A DNA stretch of 15,641 nucleotides from assembly GCF_006345805.1 (NCBI RefSeq), contig NW_021825592.1:1-15641 (forward strand), given 5' to 3'. A program made the position numbers and the translations under genes. This document shows, piece by piece, positions 8,694-15,641 of this stretch. The notes under the pieces were generated by a model. That model worked only from the letters and a program-made list of their open reading frames with translations, was not told the DNA's origin and did no database searches. This stretch comes from Octopus sinensis (taxonomy: Eukaryota). Position 1 is the first letter of the stretch. The number at the start of each line of letters is the position of its first letter.

Positions 8694-9056
8694 AGCGGCA
8701 AGCTGGCAGAATCGTTAGCACGCCGCGCGAAACGCTTAGCAGTATTTCGTCTGCCGTTACGTTCTGAGTTCAAATTCCGCCGAGGTAGACTTTGCCTTTC
8801 ATCCTTTCGGAGTCGATAAATTAAGTACTAGTTGCGCACTGGGGTCGATATAATCAAATTAATCCGTTTGTCTGTCCTTGTTTGTCCCCTCTATGTTTAG
8901 CCCCTTGTGGGCAATAAAGAAATAAGAAGTGTTAGCACGCCGGGCGAAATACTTAGCAGTATTACGTCTGTCTTTATGTTCTGAGTTCAAATTCCGCCGA
9001 GGTCGACTTTGCCTTTCGTCGTTTCGAGGTCGATAATTAAGTATCAGCTGTGCATG
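8694..9056 (+). mobile_element. SINE family D dimer (full unit 8694-8928 plus 5'-clipped unit 8931-9056)
   Basis: The block gttagcacgcc...gttctgagttcaaattccgccgaggt(c/a)gactttgcctttc...gtcgataa(a)ttaagta occurs twice head-to-tail; B-box-like gagttcaaattcc. Confidence 0.88.
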
Positions 9057-9092
9057 ATATATATGTATGTATATATATATATATATATATAT

Positions 9093-9171
<79 letters not shown>

Positions 9172-9178
9172 TATATAT
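9057..9178. repeat. (TA)n/(TG)n compound microsatellite
   Basis: Direct inspection. Confidence 0.95.
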
Positions 9179-9583
9179 GCGCAACTGTCGCTGTGTGGTA
9201 AGAAGCTTCCAGCCACATGGTTCCGTGTTCAGTCTCACTGCGTGGCACTCTGGGCAAGTGTCGTCTACTATAGCTTCGGGCTGACCAAAGCCTTGTGAGT
9301 GGATTTGTCAGACGGAAACTGAAAGAAGCCCGTCGTGTATATATATATTTATGTGTGCGTGTCTTTGTGTCTGTATTTGTCCCTCCACACACACACACAT
9401 ACCATCCCTTGACAACTGATGTTGGTGTGTTTATGTTACTGAAACTTAGCGGTTCGGCAAAAGAGAACAATAGAATAAGTACAAGGCTTACAAAGAATAA
9501 GTCCTGGAATCGATTTCTGCAACTAAAGTCTGTGATCCAGCATGGCTGCAGTCACATGACTGATACATGTAAAAGAGTAGTAG
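9178..9583 (+). mobile_element. SINE family A, full length
   Basis: Head gctgtgtggtaagaagc...gttcagtctcactgcgtggcac, CORE-like tgggcaagtgtc, agacggaaactgaaagaagcccgtcg plus short microsatellite, tail ccagcatggctgcagtc...gtaaaagag. Confidence 0.9.
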
Positions 9584-9599
9584 AAATATATATATATAT

Positions 9600-9639
9600 T
9601 CTTTTATGCTTCTATTCGGCTGTGGTCATACTGGAGCAC
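9600..9639 (-). mobile_element. SINE family A 3'-end fragment in inverted orientation
   Basis: tctttta...ggctgtggtcatactggagcac is a diverged reverse complement of gtg(a/c)tccagcatggctgcagtc...taaaaga. Confidence 0.6.
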
Positions 9640-9644
9640 ATACA

Positions 9645-10250
9645 TGGAGTTAAGAAGTCACTTTGCAGCTACTTGGTAATGGATTCGATCCCACTGCGTG
9701 ACACCTTGGGTAAGTGTCTTTTACGATAGCCTCGCGTCGACCAATGTCTTGCAGTTGAATTCAGTGAACGGAAATTGTACGGAATCCCATCGTGTGTGTG
9801 CGCGCGTGCATGTCTGCGTGTGTGTGCCTGTGCCTGTGTTTGTGTGTGTCCCGCACCACCATTCGTTCCCTGTAACCTAACAGTTCGACAAAAGACGTCG
9901 ATAAAAAACGTACCACACTAAAAACAAAAGGACGGCGCACTCACACACAAGTAAGTACAGTAATCCCTCGCCACATCGCGGTTCACTTATCGCGCACTCA
10001 GCACATCGCGGATTTTTCTGGTTAATATATGTAAATTTATATCGCGAACTTCTCAGTATATCGTGGGTTTCTGCGGCCGATAGGTATTTATATATTTTTT
10101 TTTTAGAATTTAATTATTACTGTGGAAGGTTTTGGAACGTAACACCGGCGATAGTCAAGGGATTACTATATTGGCATCGATTTGTTCGACTAAACCGTTG
10201 AAGGTAATGCCCCAGCATGGCCGTGGTTCAATGACCGAAACAAGTAGCAC
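9645..10250 (+). mobile_element. Older SINE family A copy interrupted by a MITE
   Basis: Head gttaagaagt...cccactgcgtgacaccttgggtaagtgtctt; after the MITE it resumes with tcgatttgttcgactaaa...ccagcatggccgtggttcaatgaccgaaacaagta. Confidence 0.8.
9958..10168. mobile_element. Tc1/mariner (pogo/Tigger-like) MITE, 211 bp, TA TSD
   Basis: TA|CAGTAATCCCTCG ... CAAGGGATTACTA|TA imperfect TIRs; repeated internal ATCGCG motifs; homologous to 13757-13993 in reverse orientation. Confidence 0.88.
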
Positions 10251-10352
10251 AACAGGCAAAGGAACATGATAACATTATTCCAGATATACTAGATGCTAGG
10301 TATCTGGGAAAATTTATATAATTTCAAGTCAAGTTAAATAAGAAGCGTAGAC

Positions 10353-10413
10353 GTGTTGTAAGATACGAAACAGCTGCCCAATTATCAGGCAGCTGTTTCT
10401 TAACTTACAACAC
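10353..10413. repeat. Inverted repeat/hairpin, 26-bp arms with 2 mismatches and a 9-nt loop
   Basis: gtgttgtaagatacgaaacagctgcc (10353-10378) / caattatca / ggcagctgtttcttaacttacaacac (10388-10413). Confidence 0.9.
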
Positions 10414-10775
10414 CTATGTTCAAATGATATGTCTGTGTTTAAAACTATAATTACCGGTGAACTTGGACTGGTTACCAATAACGTTTATGCTGTAAAAAAA
10501 AACCCAACGGTGGTCAAGATGTAAAGGACGAATAAAAGTATGAAGCAACGAAGTTGTTATTGAAAAAAATGAATTAAGTTTCTTGTGCAAAAGCAATATA
10601 AATTGAACTTGGTTTTTCCACCGTGATAAATTTTTGTGAATCTGTTATTGCTTTGTTGTTTAAAAGAAAGAAAATAATTGACTTGTTGAACACAACACAG
10701 AAAAATATTATGAACACAAACACAGAAAAAATATCCACACATGTATACATATAGATGTTTTAACATTCTCTCTGC

Positions 10776-10939
10776 ATGTCTGTGCGTTTGAGGAAATCTG
10801 TGCGAGTGAGTATGTGTGCGTGTGTGAGTGTTTTTGTGGTGGATGCTCAACGTGTAATATTGTCTATAAACACCATAACAACATACACACGTAAACATCC
10901 GCGCATCCCTGAATATATATGTGTGTGTGTGAGTGTATG

Positions 10940-10973
<34 letters not shown>

Positions 10974-10981
10974 CGTGTATG

Positions 10982-11024
<43 letters not shown>

Positions 11025-11766
11025 ATATATATATTATATATATATAGATATATACACGCAAACATAAATATACACACATACATACACAAATGTATATACA
11101 TATATATAATATATATGTGTGTGTGTACAGAGAGACAGACAGAGCGCGCACTAACACACACACACACGCACGCACAGACAACGGAAATATTAGAATAAGA
11201 CATTTCCAGTCAGAAAACCTGGAGTTGAAAACGAGTGGCGGGTGTGAAGCCAAAGTTCCCTTAAATTACATGTCGAACGGATTAGAAACGCGCACGCGCA
11301 GACACATACACATATGTATATACATATATATTTGCGTGTGCACAGAGAGACAGACAGAGGACGCGCACTCACACACACACATACACACGCACACGTACAA
11401 ACACATACACACATATATATATAGATATGTGTGAATGTATGTATACACACATACATGCACACAGATATATATATATATATGTGTATGTATGTATGTATGT
11501 GTGCCTATATATATGTGTGTGTCTGCGTGTGTGTGTGTGTGTGTGTGTGTGTATCCAGGCATACATAAACCCACATACATATATACATACATGCATACAT
11601 TCAGTGATACGTGTGAAATTTCAATGAGTGTTTGCATTACGTGAAGTGGAATGCGCTTGTATATATCTACATACACACACCACACACGTTGTATGTATAC
11701 GTGCATTTCAAAAAGTGAAATACATTTATATAATATAGATATACATATCTATATATATATATAATA

Positions 11767-11810
<44 letters not shown>

Positions 11811-12010
11811 TATATATACATATATATATTACACACACACAGACACAAACGTACATGACATTTATATATAAATACAAACGTACGTGCGCACATATATATC
11901 ATGCAACCGGACATACATACACACATACAAACACATACATACATACATCGTACGTATGTACAAACATATACATACATATACACTCACAACAACAACAACA
12001 ACAACAGCAT
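10776..12010. repeat. Long mosaic of (TG)n/(TA)n/(CA)n/(CAA)n microsatellites with short unique spacers
   Basis: Direct inspection; includes a duplicated motif at 11127 and 11342. Confidence 0.9.
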
Positions 12011-12285
12011 AATATCCCACAATATATCGCCTTTCGTCGTCATTCTCCATTTCTCTTTTCCAGTAGAGTAGGCATATCTGAATCATACTTCAACGTGTAG
12101 TTCTCCGCCGAACTTGACTCCCGATCATATCACTATTCACTAGGTCTTTCCTAATGAGAATATAATTGGCACCACGTATTTATTACATTGTAACGTCTTC
12201 ATCGAGGTTCTAATAAAAAAAAAAAGAAGCTCGCTTATAATTTTCTTAGCCTCCCTATGGAACGAAGCTGTTGATTTTGCGCATT

Positions 12286-12600
12286 TCTTCTTCTTCTTCT
12301 TCTTCTTCTTCTTCTTCTTCTTCTTCTTCTTCTTCTTTTTTCTCCTCCTCCTCCAACTCCTCCTTCATCTTCTTCTTCTTCTTCTCTTTCTTCTTCTTCT
12401 TCTTCTTCTTCTTCTTCTTCTTCTTCTTCTCCTCCTCCTCCTCCTCCTCCCTCTTCTTTTTTCTCCTCCTCCTCCTCCTTCATCTTCTTCTTCTTCTCCC
12501 CTCCTCCTTCCTCGTCTTTTTTCTTCTTTCCCCTCCTCCTCCTCCTCCTCCTTCCTCTTCTTTTTTCCTCTTTTTTCTCCTCCTCCTCCTTATTCTTCTT
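12286..12600 (+). repeat. ~315-bp polypyrimidine (TTC)n/(TCC)n tract
   Basis: Almost exclusively C/T on the plus strand. Confidence 0.96.
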
Positions 12601-12745
12601 CAAATTTCGTCGAGGTCGACTTAATCGTTCATACTTTCGGGAATCGATAAATAAAGTACCAGAGAAAACACCGAGGAAGATATAATCGACTACCCCTCCC
12701 TCAAATTTCCGGCCTTGTGCCTATAATAGAAAGGAATATTATCAT
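12601..12745 (+). mobile_element. SINE family D, 5'-truncated degenerate copy
   Basis: caaatttcgtcgaggtcgac...tcgataaataaagtacc...aaatttccggccttgtgcctataatagaaagg. Confidence 0.75.
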
Positions 12746-12758
12746 CAACATTATCATT

Positions 12759-12975
12759 AAGGCCGTGATCTATCAGAATCGTCTGCGCGTCGGCCGAAAC
12801 GCTTAATGGCTTTTTTCCCCGGCTCTTTACATTCTGAGTTCAAATCCTACCTAAGTAAACCTTCCTTTTCATCCTTTCGGGGTCCATAGAATAAAGTATA
12901 AATTAAGTACTGCTTCGGTGTAATCGAATTACTCCCCTCTTCTTAATATTTGATAGCCTGGAGCCAAAATCATTA
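12759..12975 (+). mobile_element. SINE family D, degenerate full-length copy
   Basis: cagaatcg...gaaacgcttaatggc...ttctgagttcaaatcc...ttcatcctttcggggtc. Confidence 0.75.
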
Positions 12976-13079
12976 TTTATTTCAACCCCTGTTGGAGATA
13001 GGCGACACTGAACGATCTAACGTATAGGAGTTAAATAGGTTAATTATAAAATGTGATATCAAGAGTGATACAGCAAAAA

Positions 13080-13756
13080 GAGGTTTTTCAAAACACCCGC
13101 ATAATTTCTGGGGTAAAACAGGAACTTTTGAACGAGGGAAAGGCCTTTCGCAATCAAGGAAAATGGATGGATATGACAAGTCGAAATGGAGGAAAATAAA
13201 GTGAGTTCGAAGAAAATGTTATGCCTAAGGGAGTTGGGATAATGGCAATAGAAACTTTGAAAGTGAAAAAAAAAACAACACCGAAAGGTGTTGATATTCA
13301 AAAAGTTTTAGCGGGGAGTAAGTCAATTACAGGAACTTATCGCTTGAAGGAGAAATTCAAATTAATGCTTTTGGAGATGATGTGTTGTCAGCTTTAAATT
13401 AGATGATGAAGTGACCAAAGCTGTAATGGACAAATCTATTAATTTAAGGTTTACATACAGGGAAGTATTGAAAGGAAGAAGAACAACACAACCGTTAGAA
13501 TGATTGTGTATTTACTTATTTTCAAACGAGATTTAGAAGGTAATAGTTATCTGGAATGCGGGAGCATTGTTGTATGGAAGCTCATAGACGTAAAGAAGAA
13601 AACTAGGGAAAAGAAGAGTGGGAAGAAAACTGAGTCTTGGTGGAAGAGAAAAGATTTCATGTCGAAATTAATTGGTTATGAAAAGATTTTAGCAAACATG
13701 AATCTTTAGAAAATAACTCGATTATAAAGCAGAATCTACAAGAGTTTATAACAATA
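13080..13756 (+). pseudogene. Second R4/Dong-like LINE fossil, N-terminal ORF region
   Basis: KRGFSKHPHNFWGKTGTF..(fs)AIKENGWI*QVEMEE; NSYLECGSIVVWKLIDVKKKTREKKSGKKTESWWKRK..(fs)NWL*KDFSK. Resembles the R4-clade RGY.KRM..IW / I.KNGW / KK.EPWWKRR...LRKD.S. Confidence 0.6.
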
Positions 13757-13993
13757 CAGTAATCCTTCGACAATCGCGGGTGTTACGATCCAAAACCTCC
13801 CACAGAAATAATTATAATCTAAGAAAATATAAATACCTATCGACCGCAGAAACCCGCGATATACTGAAGAGTCCGCGATATGAATTTACATATTTTAGCC
13901 AGAAAAAATCCGCGATGTACTGACTACGCGATAGGTGAACTACAATATAATGAGTGCGCGATAGGTGAATCGCAATATGGCGAGGGATTACTG
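13757..13993. mobile_element. Tc1/mariner-type MITE, 237 bp, TA TSD (same family as 9958-10168, opposite orientation)
   Basis: TA|CAGTAATCCTTCG ... CGAGGGATTACTG|TA; carries a 30-bp internal tandem duplication at 13921-13980. Confidence 0.92.
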
Positions 13994-14006
13994 TATATAA
14001 GATAAA

Positions 14007-14385
14007 GGGCGTGGTTGTGTTGCTTCACAAAGACAAGCTTCCAGGTTCGGTCCCACTGCATGGCACCTTGGGCAAGTATTTTCTGCTATAGCATCAGGCC
14101 GATCAAAGACGTGAGAGTGAACTTGGTAGACGGAAACTGAAAGAAGCCTGTCGTGTGTGGTGTGTGTGTGTGTGTGTGTGTGCATTTGGTTTGTTCCCTA
14201 CAACCGCTTGACAATCGATATGGTGTATCATCCACGTCAGCTAGCGGTGCGGCAAAAGATACTGATAGACTAACTACAACTCTTTAAAAAATTACGAAGC
14301 GGGGTCTATTCGTTCAACAAAATATTCTACAAGGCGGTGCCAGAGCATAGCCGCAGTCTAATGAGTGGAACAAGTAAAAGATAAA
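14007..14385 (+). mobile_element. SINE family A, full length, degenerate
   Basis: ggttcggtcccactgcatggcaccttgggcaagta...agacggaaactgaaagaagcctgtcg(tg)n...aaggcggtgccagagcatagccgcagtc...caagtaaaagataaa. Confidence 0.87.
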
Positions 14386-14457
14386 AAAAAGAAAATGATG
14401 TTAATATAATAATAGAAAAAACAACAATGGATGAACGCTAAAAATGCTAAAATCAAG
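14386..14457 (+). pseudogene. Continuation of the plus-strand R4-like LINE
   Basis: ENDVNIIIEK(fs)QWMNAKNAKIK, similar to ...IEELKQR..AK.AKIKRY. It follows YKIK at 13996-14007 once the MITE and SINE are removed. Confidence 0.5.
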
Positions 14458-15050
14458 GCCCAAAAATTTTGGGGAGGGGATCAGTCGATTAGATCGACCC
14501 CAGTATGCAACTGGTACTTAATTTATCGACCCCAAAAGGATGAAAGGCAAAGTCGACCTCGGTGGAATTTGAACACAGAACGTAGCGACAGGCGAAATAC
14601 CGCTAAGCTCTTTCAAAATAATTCTTTCTACCGAAGGCACAAGGGCTTGAAATTTGGCGGGTGGGGACTAGTTGATTAGATCGACCCCAGTGTTTCACTG
14701 ATGCTTAATTTATCGACCACAAAAGGACAAAAGGCAAAGTCGACCACGGAGGAATTTGTACACACAACGTAGCGACAGGCGAAACATCGCTAAGTATTTC
14801 GTCCGGCGCGCTAACGATCCTTTTTTCTTTATTGCCCACAAGGGACTAAACATAGAGGGGACAAACAAGAACAGACAAAGAGATTAAGTCGATTACATCA
14901 ACCCAAGTGCGTAACTGGTACTTAATTTATCGACCTCGAAAGGATGAAAGGTAAAGTCGACCTCGGCGGAATTTGAAATCAGAACGTAGCGACAGGCGAA
15001 ATACCGCTAAGCATTTTCTCCAGCGCGCTAACGATTCTGCCAGCTCGCCC
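14453..15050 (-). mobile_element. SINE family D trimer (units ~14821-15050, ~14620-14820, ~14453-14609)
   Basis: Three copies of ttaatttatcgacc...aaagg.aaagtcgacc.cgg.ggaatttg...aacgtagcgacaggcgaaa, each with a different 3' tail. Confidence 0.9.
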
Positions 15051-15052
15051 TC

Positions 15053-15195
15053 TTAGACTTTTTCAAAAATAATGGTAAAGAGTATTGTAGAATGCCGATG
15101 GAAAAGAATATGGAAATTATGCTATTCCAGACAGTAGAAAATGAAAGAAAAGGCAGAAAAGTTTTTATGAGATATACAGGAGAACAAAATTAAAT
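15053..15195 (+). pseudogene. Further continuation of the plus-strand R4-like LINE
   Basis: RLFQ(fs)NNGKEYCRM...IPDS...AEKFL*DI, similar to NRLF..NQK.FY...IPD..E...FW..IW. Confidence 0.45.
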
Positions 15196-15204
15196 ATTCT
15201 TTTT

Positions 15205-15411
15205 TTTTTATTTACTTGTTTCAATCATTTGACTACGGCCATGCTGGAGCGCCGCCTTTAGACGAAGAAATCGGCCCAAGAGTTATTCTTTGTAAGACTA
15301 GTATTTATTCTAACGGTCTCTTCTGCCGAACCGATAAGTTACGGGGATGTAAACACACCAACATCGGTTGTCAAGCGAAGTTGGTTGGACAAACACAGGC
15401 ACTCACACACG

Positions 15412-15482
<71 letters not shown>

Positions 15483-15641
15483 GATATATATATATATTAT
15501 ATACATTCGACAGGCTTCTTTCAGTTTCCGTCTACCAAATCCACTCACAAGGCTTAGTCGGCCCGAGGCTATACGATGACACTAACCGAGGTTCCTATAG
15601 TAGAACACTTCTACTTAAGGTGCCACGCAGTGGGACTGAAT
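15205..15641 (-). mobile_element. SINE family A, runs off the window end
   Basis: tttacttgtttcaatcatttgactacggccatgctggagc...(TA)n...ggcttctttcagtttccgtctaccaaatccactcacaaggc...ggtgccacgcagtgggactgaa; reverse complement of 9178-9583. Confidence 0.9.

Noticed and set aside
12041-12100. Polypyrimidine plus CAG splice-acceptor-like site at 12063
   Set aside because: All three frames hit stops within ~40 nt and no convincing donor follows, so no exon is supported.
13276-13293. caacacc-GAAA-ggtgttg GNRA-type hairpin
   Set aside because: A 7-bp stem is expected by chance in 15 kb, and it lies inside a LINE fossil.
14453-15050. Repeat-spacer-like pattern suggestive of CRISPR
   Set aside because: Units are 150-230 bp SINE copies in eukaryotic DNA, with no short identical repeats and no cas genes.
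15563-15612. Small imperfect duplication ccgagg..ctata..acact within SINE-A
   Set aside because: A minor local slippage or sequence-quality artefact near the window edge, with no functional implication.

Overview
AT-rich, microsatellite-dense eukaryotic DNA that is non-coding (intergenic or intronic). The SINE families and repeat style strongly resemble octopus/coleoid genomes; this is inferred from recalled repeat consensus shapes, not from a search. No intact host protein-coding gene or functional RNA gene is supported, and most listed ORFs are translations of (TA)n/(CA)n/(GAA)n tracts. The window is a layered transposon graveyard with five components. (1) A degenerate R4/Dong-like non-LTR retrotransposon on the minus strand (~400-4990) is split by later insertions, with the RT YADD motif at 2297-2286. 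(2) A frameshifted Helitron Rep (HUH endonuclease) fragment without the helicase lies at ~5348-7500. (3) A second R4/Dong-like LINE N-terminal fossil on the plus strand (~13080-15195) is interrupted by a MITE and SINEs. (4) Two inverted copies of a TA-flanked Tc1/mariner-type MITE are present. (5) There are many copies of four tRNA-derived SINE families, here called A-D. Most notable observations: a SINE tandem duplication that keeps an empty insertion site, a recurrent multimeric SINE junction, a perfect 44-bp palindrome, a pre-miRNA-sized hairpin, and a Helitron deletion that clips the catalytic tyrosine motif. I found no convincing novel multi-gene system.
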